Shown piece after piece: positions 29,385-38,595 of a stretch of 64,000 bases of DNA. Numbering within the stretch: position 1 is the stretch's first letter; each line of letters begins with the position of its first letter. Origin of the DNA: an uncultured delta proteobacterium (GTDB lineage: Bacteria; Desulfobacterota; Desulfomonilia; Desulfomonilales; Desulfomonilaceae); NCBI GenBank assembly GCA_963789265.1, contig CAWBKB010000004.1, forward strand, positions 224,001 through 288,000. The letters are read 5' to 3'. The notes beneath the pieces were generated by a model. That model had not been told where the DNA came from. It saw only the letters and a program-made list of their open reading frames with translations, and ran no database searches. The position numbers and the translations under genes are program-made.

Positions 29385-31236
29385 ATGAAAATCCCTGTTC
29401 TCTTGGTCCTCAATTCCGCCCTTGTGGTTTTCTTTGTTTTTCTCCTACGGAAACCCGGATTACTCGCAGATTACTCCAAGGGACGTTTTCTGGCTCACAT
29501 GGCTAGGCATCGGGGTGATAACCCTGATGGATGAGTTGACCTCTGTGTTTTATGCGCCTGCTGAAGCCTATCGTTTTATCGGCCCGGCTGCAATATTCTT
29601 TATCGCTTTGACCTCCATACTTATCCGTTACTTCAGTTCCCGCCTTGTGGAAATCTCGGAGATCCTGGAACATCACGGTTTGTTCGGCGGAGGAGTCTAT
29701 TCTTTTTCTTATCTTGTTCTGGGACCGGTCGTCTCGTTCGTGGCCGTATCCTCTATCATGGTGGATTATATTCTCACCGCCTGCATTTCGGCCATAAGCG
29801 CGGTAGAAAATGGGACCTCGTTCTTTGCCATGCCCCATTACGCCAAAATGGTGACGGCCATGGCAACGGTGTGGGCCATAGCCGGCCTGAATATTTTGGG
29901 CATCCGAGAGAACGTTCGCTTCACATTTGGGGTGTTCATTTTAGCAGCATTTGTCTTCATGAATCTCATTGTTTCCGGGGTGCTAGGCCTGGATCAAGGA
30001 TCGTACGTACGGTTGTATAGCTCGCTCAGTCACGGAATGACCAGTCTGCAAACGGGCTCTTTCACGAGAGACTATGGAATTTTTATTGCCTCAGTTGCGA
30101 GTTGCGTTCTTGCTTACTCGGGGGTGGAGTCTGTTCTTCAAACGGCGGGATATGCTCGCTCCTGGCGCGAAATCTCCAAAGCGTATATCTTTCTTGCGCT
30201 CACGGTAGGCATTGTCACACCGGTGGTGGCTGCACTGGCCCTGTCAGCCCCCATAGACTTTGCCAAGCACGAAGGGGACCTCATCACTCATCATGCCACC
30301 ATGCTCAACGGGGTTCCATTCGGCGTGATTGTGGGTTCGTTGGCGAGCATCACTCTTATTATGGCTGTAAATACAGCATTCGTTGCTTCCAGCGAACTGA
30401 TGGAACGAGTCGCTGACCGATACGGCTTTGAATGGCTTATAACGACCAGCCGAAGACAATCCTTGTACCGCATCCACCTGATCAACGCTACCTCCTTTTC
30501 GATTATTATCATTATCACCGGTGGTAGCCAAATGATTCTGGCGGACATGTACGCCATCGGTCTTCTGGCCTGTTTCACTATCAACCTGGGCTCTCTCATT
30601 CTTTATAGGTATTTTATGGGTACCAAGGAGGTGATTCATTATTATACGAACCGCTTCGGCACGCTCGTACTGTTCCTCATCTTTCTTAGCTGCTTCTTCT
30701 TCCTGGCCTGGCACAAACCTCACGGTACGGAGCTATGGGGCATTGTGACCAGCTTGGTGCTGATCGGGGGGCTGATCATGGCGCGGACGCGGGGTCCGGA
30801 GATAAAGGCGGTCGGAGAGACGGACAGTCACATGGATATCATCCTGTATCTTGCGGAATCAACCGAAAATGATGTTCACATTATTTTCCGCAGACCCCGA
30901 GAAGAGGGATTGAGAATCGCCAGACAGAATGAGGTTTACGTAAGCTTTTACAACCCCAGACAGGGGGCTCCGCCCCAATTGGCTTCAAATCACTTCCGAA
31001 TTGCCGGAAGTAAAAGGAGTCTTTATCAGAATATAATCGCTTTGCTGAAAGTGGTGAAATACGAGTTGCCCGATCGGACAGTAGTCATTCACTTCGGCTG
31101 GCCGTTGTCCTCCTGGCTGGATCGTATGGCTATAGGGGTGATGGTGTTTAACATCATGCGTCTGCCCAGACAATTTCCGAGCTTTGATTTTCACATAGAT
31201 TATGCCGGATCCAAGCATGTGACGCCCTCCCCCTGA
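29385..31236 (+). CDS. APC-family permease, +1 frameshift at about 29488
   Basis: ATG 29385 gives MKIPVLLVLNSALVVFFVFLLRKPGLLADYSKGRF, which joins WLTWLGIGV... if one T is removed; GGGVY, DYILT, LAYSGVES motifs. Confidence 0.82.
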
Positions 31237-31487
31237 GGCCACCATCGATGCGCACGCGGGTACACGGGAGATTTTTTGGAGACCGATCGGATTGCGCGTC
31301 TCCTTTGTCACGGCACGCGCCTTGCCCGTCCCACCTGGTCCTACCCCACTGGGCTGTACACTGGGCGGCTTGTAGGAGAGCACCCATTCCGGAAAAGAGG
31401 AATAATCTCACACTTTCCCGGATGAGTCTGGAATAGTACCTCCATCCGCCCAGGTACACCAAAATATTTGAGAGTGTAGCCTCAGAC

Positions 31488-31772
31488 TTACTTGGCTTTC
31501 TTTACGGCTTCTTTTAGTGCCTTAGCCGCCCTGAACCGGGGCACTCTCGATGCGGGGATCTTGATCTTCTTGCGAGTCTGAGGGTTCACGCCATTGCGGG
31601 CTTTCGTATGGACAGCCACGAAGGTCCCCAGATCAGCGACACGGATTTGACCGCCTTTGGCCTTCAGCGAACCGTGAACCGCACCGACGAAGGACTTCAA
31701 CACGGCAGCGGCAGCCTTCTTGGAAATGTTCGCCTCTGTAGCAATGCGGGCAACCAGTTCAGCCTTTGTCAT
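31488..31772 (-). CDS. hup: HU-family DNA-binding protein
   Basis: MTKAELV...LGTF...ARNGVNPQT...IPASRVPRFRAAKALKEAV. Confidence 0.93.
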   Translation of the reverse strand: MTKAELVARIATEANISKKAAAAVLKSFVGAVHGSLKAKGGQIRVADLGTFVAVHTKARNGVNPQTRKKIKIPASRVPRFRAAKALKEAVKKAK

Positions 31773-31927
31773 GATAGTACCCTCCAAATGAAATAGAAGT
31801 TTCAGGACCTTGTTACGACTCCAAGGAATTGCAAAAGGTTACATATACCAGACTGATTTGTCAAGATAAATCTGAACAACGACCAATCTATTCATTTATT
31901 CGGGGCCAATGACCCGCTTCCAGAAGT

Positions 31928-32257
31928 GTCGTCGCGAGTCTCGCGAGCCGAAGCAGTCTTTCATTGTGAATGTACAAAGCTGGATTGCTTCGTCGTTTCA
32001 CTCCTCGCAATGACATTCTCGCCACCTCTCATTGCGAGTCCCGAGCCTCGTGGGCAAGCAATCCTTTCTTCAGTACCGTGTTCCTGACCTCACCGTGTTT
32101 GCGAAATGATGCACCAATTACTGCGTTACGGAACTACGGTCGCATATTTGGGTGCCACTGCTGGCTTGCCCAGCAGTGTTCTTCCGGCAGTCACTTCTGG
32201 GCAAGCCAGCAGTGGCACCCGACCCGAAACAAGACACCGTATTTAGGAAATGGAATA
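31928..32257. repeat. Cluster of REP-like hairpins within tandem TAAATWCGGT-family MITE-like elements
   Basis: 37 bp at 31982-32018 identical to 42672-42708; element 32119-32257 contains a GGGTGCCACTGCTGG doublet and ends ACCGTATTTAGGAAATGGAATA. Confidence 0.75.
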
Positions 32258-32285
32258 CTAAGAAATAGTTACCCCTGAAAGGCAA

Positions 32286-33458
32286 TTAAGTTTGCGGCTT
32301 TGACATCATGGTTATCTCTAAGGGCTGCCCCGTCTTCAGGACTTCTTTCCCTTCCACGACAACAATGTCACCGGCATTCAGTCCCTTCAATACCTCGGCA
32401 TATCTGCGATCAATGTTGCCGATTTTCACGCGGGCTATTTGCGCTTTATTATTCTCGTCCACTCGGACCACGGTGTTCGCTTCATTGGCGCGAATTTGAT
32501 CCAGCAAGGCATCAATTGGTATCCTGACCACCGCGGGAACGCGTTTCACTAAAATCCGAGCCCGGCCATACATACCCTCAAGAAGCTGCATGTCGCGATT
32601 GTCTATATAAATGCGAACTTCGAAAAGTCTATTCTGGTTCGCGACAGGTTGTATGTATCCGACCGTTCCCTTGAATGTTTTGCCCGGCAGAGAATCAACG
32701 GCAATTTCGGATTCTACTCCGCGTCCTTCCCGAACCACTTTGTCAATGTTTAACTTGCTTACATCCTTGTCGCTGAGAAAGGCGTCCAAGTACACTGTAG
32801 TGTAATCGCTGATCTGGAACAGCTTCCCACCTGTGGAAACCCAGTCGCCTTTTTCCACGTACCGGTTCGACAGCACTCCATTTATGGGAGCCTTTACCAG
32901 CGTGTGTTTAAGGTCCTCCAGCGCCTTGTCAAGTGCTCCTTTGTCAGCTTCCACCGCGCCCTGAGCGTTCTGATATGCCGACAGCTTCTGGTCGTACGTT
33001 GACTGGCTTATTGATCCGGTTTTAAGCAATGGCGCGTTATTCTCAAAATCGGTCTTATTGAAAGCCAGCGTTGCTTTGTCCTTCTCCAAGTTTCCACGAG
33101 CCTGGTCTGCTGCCGCTCGAATTTGCGAATCATCGAACGTCAGAAGCGTTTGGTCTTTGTTGACGAGCTGTCCGTCACGTACGTCGATGGATTTCACCTG
33201 GGCTGAGACTTCCGAAGATACTGTGGTGTTTGCAACGAAATGTAGGTTGCCCGACACATCCACGGTCTGCCTGATGTCTCCTTTTTCAACCTCGACGGCC
33301 CTCACTTTTATTGACGGTGACGTAAGAGCCTTTTCCTGTCGTTGCCCGCAACCGGCCAGCAAGATAACGAGCATCAGGATTGTTAAGAACCGAGAAAGCA
33401 TTCCAGTCCTCGACGGCAGTCGTTCTGTAACTCGGGCCGCTTCCGCCAGCGACCTCAC
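32286..33458 (-). CDS. RND-type efflux periplasmic adaptor (membrane fusion lipoprotein)
   Basis: Lipobox LLAGC, KAPINGVLS, LLEGMYGRA, GLNAGDIVVVEG. Confidence 0.9.
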   Translation of the reverse strand: MRSLAEAARVTERLPSRTGMLSRFLTILMLVILLAGCGQRQEKALTSPSIKVRAVEVEKGDIRQTVDVSGNLHFVANTTVSSEVSAQVKSIDVRDGQLVNKDQTLLTFDDSQIRAAADQARGNLEKDKATLAFNKTDFENNAPLLKTGSISQSTYDQKLSAYQNAQGAVEADKGALDKALEDLKHTLVKAPINGVLSNRYVEKGDWVSTGGKLFQISDYTTVYLDAFLSDKDVSKLNIDKVVREGRGVESEIAVDSLPGKTFKGTVGYIQPVANQNRLFEVRIYIDNRDMQLLEGMYGRARILVKRVPAVVRIPIDALLDQIRANEANTVVRVDENNKAQIARVKIGNIDRRYAEVLKGLNAGDIVVVEGKEVLKTGQPLEITMMSKPQT

Positions 33459-33543
33459 GAATCGTCCGTTCGTCTAATTTTTAGACGGTATTTTCGGGAG
33501 AACGTTTTATCATCGTTGCCAAAGATAATACGTGAGTCTTATG

Positions 33544-33755
33544 GTAACAGCTCACCGCGGAGACTTCTGTTTTCTCTGCACGTCTATTAAGACCGAGCAA
33601 GGGAAATTTCGGTTTGTGACAGCGAATGAAACGCCGGCACGACAGTGCGCGGCGGTGACTAACGCGGAAATGAGTTGGCAATTTCTTTCTCTACGCTCTT
33701 CCCGCATCCCGCATCTCACGGGAAGGTCAATCCCGATTGCCCGTTGAACGGTTAC
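33544..33755. mobile_element. Degenerate IS66-like MITE
   Basis: Ends GTAACAGCTCAC / TTGAACGGTTAC; flanks GTCTTATG / GTCTCGCG match at only 5/8. Confidence 0.4.
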
Positions 33756-33835
33756 GTCTCGCGACACAAGGGATCCCATAAAGACCCTTGTCTCATCATC
33801 ACCCAGGAACCATAATGACAATAATGGAGGTTACC

Positions 33836-34040
33836 ATGGCGGAGAGCAAGGACAAGTCAACGATTTATGTGAAGGTTGTGGATGGTAAGGGCAAAGAGGT
33901 ACGTCTGTCCGTTGAGTGCCCTGAAGGACCCCCAAAATGCCACGGAAGAAGAATTGAAAAACTGCTTTAATTCAGTGGAAGACGCGTTCAGCGATGCGGA
34001 AGTCATTGCTATCATCAAGAGCGAATTGAAGAAGGACTAA
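33836..34040 (+). CDS. Small hypothetical protein (67 aa after correcting a +1 frameshift at about 33898)
   Basis: GGAGG SD; MAESKDKSTIYVKVVDGKGKE|YVCPLSALKDPQNATEEELKNCFNSVEDAFSDAEVIAIIKSELKKD*; stops 5 nt before the next ATG. Confidence 0.7.
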
Positions 34041-34045
34041 GGGAA

Positions 34046-34648
34046 ATGGATTTACATGCAAGAATTTTTTCGGACTTTATCTGACCCTTCTGCTACATCG
34101 GCAAGGGCATTGTCGAAGCATTGAAGAAAGAGTTTTCTTTCACAGACGAGTGGTTGGCCTACGAGCTGCGCCCCGAGATGCCGGCGGAGGGGATACCAAC
34201 CTCCAAGCTTTTCCCCGGGGTTGACCTGAAGAAACGTTACGAAAGCCTGAGCCGTGCCGGGGCTCCCTACGGGATTGCCTTCAACGAGATCTCGCTGGTT
34301 TCCAAGTCCCGCCTTGCATTGGAAGCAACGGAATACGCGCGAGACAAGGGACACTTTGATTCGTTTCATGGCCGGGTTTTCCATGCCTATTTTGTGGAAA
34401 CCCGTGATATCGGTAATCTAGATGTAATTCTGGAATTGGCGGATCAGGACGGGTTGAACCCTAATGACTTAAACCTGGCATTGCAAGAGAAGCGTTACGC
34501 TGAGCGTCTCGAAAAAGCAAAGCAGGAAGGACGCTTATACGGCGTCACTGCGGTCCCCACATTTATCTTTAACGGAGAACACAAAATCGTCGGCGCGCAA
34601 CCAATTGATGTTTTCAGAGAGAAATTACGAATGATCCAGGCGGAATGA
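34046..34648 (+). CDS. DsbA/FrnE-family oxidoreductase, probable selenoprotein (UxxC)
   Basis: MDLHARIFSDFI-TGA(34082-34084)-PFCYIG in frame with ORF 34121..34648 (AYELRP, GVTAVPTFIFN, GAQP). Confidence 0.88.
34091..34120 (+). promoter_or_regulatory. Putative bacterial SECIS element of the DsbA-like gene
   Basis: Stem TCGGCAA/TTGTCGA, loop GGGCA starting 20 nt after UGA, lower stem TGCT/AGCA. Confidence 0.7.
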
Positions 34649-34657
34649 CAAACCGCT

Positions 34658-34966
34658 CTACCCGGAATGTACCTCTTCATCTGACTCGATGACGCAGCAG
34701 CAAGCGGAACTCTTGCGCCCTAACGCTGCGTTGATCACTGCGGAGGCGCACCCGACGCCGGACCGTACCGACAACGCTTCGGCAGGGCAGTTTCGGGCGC
34801 ATGCGCCGCATTCCATGCATGCGTCCGGTTCATCAATGCCGACGCATCCGTTGTGCATGGAAAGCACAGCTTGAGGGCACACCTGGAGACACATACCGCA
34901 ACCTGTGCATTTAGCTTCATCAAGCTTCAAGGTTGCCACATTCTTTAAGTAAATCAGCCGACCCAT
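34658..34966 (-). CDS. hgcB: Mercury methylation ferredoxin HgcB
   Basis: Two CxxCxxCxxxCP motifs including CMECGAC, GVGCA, C-terminal CCC; directly downstream of hgcA. Confidence 0.93.
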   Translation of the reverse strand: MGRLIYLKNVATLKLDEAKCTGCGMCLQVCPQAVLSMHNGCVGIDEPDACMECGACARNCPAEALSVRSGVGCASAVINAALGRKSSACCCVIESDEEVHSG

Positions 34967-34979
34967 GGTTGGACTCCCT

Positions 34980-36164
34980 TCAAGCGGCCACGCGGGATCC
35001 GATCCAGAGGATGACCCCTATGCATGCCGCGGCGATTTCAAGCGGCACAGCCCATCCCATCTCTTTCTTAACCCCGGAAAGCGAAGTGTAAGTTGACGCG
35101 CCGGTAAAGTTCATTGCCAGATACGCGCTAATTGAGGGGACCAGAAAGAGCCAGGCGAGGACCTCGAGCCTGCCCGACCAATCTGCAAAAGCCGCGCTTC
35201 CTAGGAGAGCCGGGACTAACGCCGCTGCCAAGCCCAGAACGAACCCCTTGAGCGCAAAAGCTCTGCCGGGCAGCCACGGCAAGAGAATAGGAGTCAAAAT
35301 TGTCCCTGCCACCAGAGCCGCGAGAAGAGCCCACGCCGCGAATAAACCATGATCGAGGGCGCCTCGCCAGAACCCTTCTGAAGCTCTCAGACCTCCGGCC
35401 AAGAAAAACACGATAACGAGTATAAGGGCCCACTTTGCCGCGGTCACCAGTTCAACTGGAACTACAACGATTCTTTCCCATAGAGTAAATGTCTTTCGGC
35501 GCATTTCCGGAGTGGCCCTCAGTCCCGAGTCAATGAAAGCCGCCAAATCGGACGACCGCACCGGCCCGTATATGACTCTGAAACCGGATCGCCTCTTCAC
35601 TTCGTGGGCCGCGACGCCCGGCGCAGCCAATTGAGGAAGAATAACACGCCTGTGCGACACGATCTTAGCGAGGCCGGACGATTCGAGTCGCCCAACTAGT
35701 TCGTCCGTACCAAATGTCCCCTTGCCCGCCGCGCACCACACATTGACCCCATCAGTGTCCAGTACCAGAATCCATGCGTTCCGACCCGGTAAAGCCTGTC
35801 TCAAAGCATCAAAGCTCATCTTGTAGTTTGCCGTCACCAGTACCGGCGCGGTGCCGTCCGGCTGGCCGAGAGCATAGAGCCCAGGATCGACCATGTAATT
35901 CATCCGGCCGATATTCCACCTTGCCTTTATGCTTCCCCACCGATCCGTCGGCGTCAGATCCGCGGACACCCTCGGCAAAGTTCCGACTGTCGTAAGAATG
36001 GAGCCGGTGAGAAACGGCTGCTCGAGTCGAGGAAGGCTCGCCTGAGCCTTTTCTCTGGGCGGTCAGCACGAGAGGGTTGGAGTGGACGTCGAATCCGACA
36101 CAGTGCATGAATCGGAGGCCGCAGCGCGCCCTCGGTTGTCACAGTCGCATGCGCTTTGTTCCAT
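34980..36164 (-). CDS. hgcA: Mercury methylation corrinoid protein HgcA, probable selenoprotein (394 aa, Sec34)
   Basis: Cap-helix NVWCAAGKGTF, TANYKMSFD, C-terminal TMs with NFTGASTYTSLSGVKKEM; AGAGGAG SD before ATG 36164; single in-frame TGA at 36065-36063. Confidence 0.93.
36029..36055 (-). promoter_or_regulatory. Putative bacterial SECIS element of hgcA
   Basis: mRNA UGA-CCGCCCA-GAGAA-AAGGCUC-AGGC-GAGCCUU-CCUC: perfect 7-bp stem, loop 19 nt after UGA with G at loop position 2. Confidence 0.75.
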
Positions 36165-36303
36165 GGAAGAAACTCCTCTATTTTGTGTTCACAATCCTGA
36201 TCCGCACGGAAAGGTCCCATCTGCAAATTTCATGACGAAGGCACATTGGGCACGCTTCACATTTCCTTGAATTTGTTCCGCGACCTCTCCTTGAGAATAC
36301 TGC

Positions 36304-36780
36304 TTACTGGGGCTCTTGCCAATCAAAGCCGTTTTCAGCCAGAAGAGACCTCACCTTTTGATAGGTGCCTGCCACTATCCTGGGACACCTCGTCGGCGGA
36401 ATGCTGGGATCATCGAGTGTAATGTCACGGCACCTGATTCCGCCATAAATTTCACCATACTTCCCGGCAAACCAATCAACGAGCTCCTGGATCATGCACT
36501 TCATCTTGGGATTATCCTGCTCGTCAGATGAGCCTCTTCCTGCATACAAACCCAGCAGGCAGGCCCCTCCGGTAAGAGCCCCACAAGTCTCACCCGAGAA
36601 TCCGATTCCACCGGCCAGCGCGGACACGGCCTTGATAAGATCCGGATCGATTTTGCCCTGCGCCTCCAAGCCGGTGAACAGGAGGATCTCGCTGCAATGG
36701 AATCCTTGCTGCGCAAGCTCAATCATCCTCAGTTGCTCGGTAGTAAGTGAATTGACTGATGTAGCGAGGTTCGTTGGCAT
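36304..36780 (-). CDS. C-GCAxxG-C-C family putative redox-active protein
   Basis: GFHCSE, ETCGALTGGA, IRCRDI, RCP. Confidence 0.88.
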   Translation of the reverse strand: MPTNLATSVNSLTTEQLRMIELAQQGFHCSEILLFTGLEAQGKIDPDLIKAVSALAGGIGFSGETCGALTGGACLLGLYAGRGSSDEQDNPKMKCMIQELVDWFAGKYGEIYGGIRCRDITLDDPSIPPTRCPRIVAGTYQKVRSLLAENGFDWQEPQ

Positions 36781-36853
36781 GATTATCCCTCCTTAATTTC
36801 TGCTCAAGCAAGAAGTCTTGTCCTAGCCCTTCTCTTTTCAGGTGCCGATGGAA

Positions 36854-37249
36854 TTACTCCCGAACACCTCGTCCATCGGTGAGACCTGACCCTGAAAGTC
36901 CAATTTCTCTGAGCGAGCGAAGGACAGGTGCGCGGCCTGTCAACAGTTCGATCAAGGCGCTCAGAGCTACCGCGTCAACCCAGCATTCAATGTTTTTCCC
37001 TCGCCTTTCCATTTTAATGAGTCCTGCTTGCCGGAGCTCCTTTATGTGATGAGAGACAGTGGAAAGCGTTATAGTCAGTTCTTGCCCCAGTTCCCCGACG
37101 TAACGTCGAGCCATAGCTTCGGAGGTGCACTTTGTGCCCGGTGGGCAACAGGAAATCAGGCGCAAAAAGATGTCGAGGCGATTGGGATTGGACAGCGCCT
37201 TGAACATTTCAGCGAAACGGCGGACTTCTTCGATACGATGATTTGACAT
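36854..37249 (-). CDS. ArsR/SmtB-family regulator
   Basis: FKALSNPNRL, SCCPPGTKC, STVSHHIKELRQAGLI. Confidence 0.92.
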   Translation of the reverse strand: MSNHRIEEVRRFAEMFKALSNPNRLDIFLRLISCCPPGTKCTSEAMARRYVGELGQELTITLSTVSHHIKELRQAGLIKMERRGKNIECWVDAVALSALIELLTGRAPVLRSLREIGLSGSGLTDGRGVRE

Positions 37250-37256
37250 ATTGACA

Positions 37257-37285
37257 CTTTTACCACTCTAAATATGTTCTGTCAA
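37257..37285 (-). promoter_or_regulatory. Sigma70 promoter of the arsR-hgcAB operon (probably leaderless)
   Basis: TTGACA-N17-TAAAAG with an extended TG; ATG is 7 nt downstream and has no SD. Confidence 0.6.
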
Positions 37286-37363
37286 GAAAGATTCGTGCAC
37301 CAGCGCAAAAAAAACTGTTATGCCCATATTTATAGCTAGATACTTATTGCCGGCTTTAGATTA

Positions 37364-37418
37364 GTGGATGGGCATCCTGCCCGCCATCAAGAATCGACGG
37401 GCGGGACGCCCATCCTAC
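37364..37418. repeat. REP-like doublet
   Basis: GGATGGGCATCCTGCCCG...CGGGCGGGACGCCCATCC; related to 13785-13837. Confidence 0.7.
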
Positions 37419-37508
37419 TAGAGCAGGTGAGGATGCAAGTCCCTCTCAAATCGTTTCCCATATCGGGGGGCTTGCTTTTGAGACCCTCTGGAAAGCCTTC
37501 ATTTCATG

Positions 37509-38405
37509 TCAATCTGGATCAATGACGTTCCAGCCGCATGTCGCCCCCGGCGAGAAGCCTTTCTGCTGGGCGAGAACATCCAGATAAACCAGCCCGAGCG
37601 AGGCAGCCTCCCGGACAATGTCGTCGCATCGATCCCGGAGATCGATACTTACCAAGTATTTCATGCACTCATAGCACAGTTCGGCCCGCTCGAATTCGCG
37701 GTCTTCCGAGAACAGCAGTTCCAGTTTGTCCTGGTCTTCAGACTCGCAGAAAGGACACTTGATGCGCATGTAGCTCCATTCATGGCCGCAGAACGAACAC
37801 CTCAGCCATCTGCGCCCTTCTTTGCCTTCAAGAAAGCTTATTTCCGGCCAAGAACCGCAGATCGGACAGTATCCCTTGTGCCACTGAAGACCCTTGGGCA
37901 ACGGCAAGAGAGATTCCACCCGCTTATGCGCAAATGGCTTCGAGAATTGTCCCAGGACAAAATACAGAATGCCCGGGTCCACACCGAGGTCTGATGCGGT
38001 CCTTTCAATCTCTGTGCTCGAACAGCCCACAGCAGAGACCCAGAGCATTGAATCTAGATTTCCGCTTTCAATCGCACTTCTGATTGCGATCAATTGTGAC
38101 TTGATACGAGGGAATCCACGCTCCATGGCCGGCAGTAAATGTTTCGAGGCTTTTCGCAGGTCGGCAGTGGAAAGGCGAAAGGCGTCCCTGGTGAGGATGG
38201 GGACCCCTCGCGAATATTGAACAGAATCTACGGTCAAGTCATGCTCGGAGCTTATTGGAAGTTTGGCCTTCAGAGCTGCCTGCGCGGCCAAGAGCGCCTT
38301 AAACGCGTCAAATACCGTGGCAAGTTGCGGCAAACTCTCCCGCATGCCTTCTATGGCCCTTTGTACTCGCTCAGAAGCGTCTCTGCCGGACCGATCCTCG
38401 GTCAT
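37509..38405 (-). CDS. fdhE: Formate dehydrogenase accessory protein FdhE
   Basis: CPICGSWP, RWLRCSFCGHEW, CPFC, CYECMKYL; AGGAG before ATG 38405. Confidence 0.88.
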   Translation of the reverse strand: MTEDRSGRDASERVQRAIEGMRESLPQLATVFDAFKALLAAQAALKAKLPISSEHDLTVDSVQYSRGVPILTRDAFRLSTADLRKASKHLLPAMERGFPRIKSQLIAIRSAIESGNLDSMLWVSAVGCSSTEIERTASDLGVDPGILYFVLGQFSKPFAHKRVESLLPLPKGLQWHKGYCPICGSWPEISFLEGKEGRRWLRCSFCGHEWSYMRIKCPFCESEDQDKLELLFSEDREFERAELCYECMKYLVSIDLRDRCDDIVREAASLGLVYLDVLAQQKGFSPGATCGWNVIDPD

Positions 38406-38595
38406 GTTTTTCTCCTGAAAATGTCTGCGGCTCCATGTCATAAAAAAGCACGAAAAGCGATGAACGCGCAAGGTTCGGGAAAAATCTTCCCAACAGCCTT
38501 AAGGTTTATCAAACGCGCAGGCAACGATGGGCCTCTCCCTTCCCGTTCCCAATCAAGGTTCGCCCTCTTGCTCAGGAGAAGTTCTCTATTAGGAC

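Noticed and set aside
29200..29385. c-di-AMP (ydaO) riboswitch ahead of the APC permease
   Set aside because: The conserved riboswitch motifs were not seen; only a simple stem is present.
31928..32257. Repeated palindromes as a CRISPR array
   Set aside because: No regularly spaced direct repeats with unique spacers and no cas genes; they are dispersed REP/MITE units.
34980..35978. hgcA as an acetyl-CoA synthase corrinoid subunit (CdhE/AcsC)
   Set aside because: It has the Cys cap helix, C-terminal TM helices and adjacent hgcB, and lacks the Fe-S and TIM-barrel domains of AcsC.
36178..36246. 22-aa ORF MCLRHEICRWDLSVRIRIVNTK whose TAG overlaps the hgcA SD
   Set aside because: No well-spaced SD and too short to distinguish from chance.
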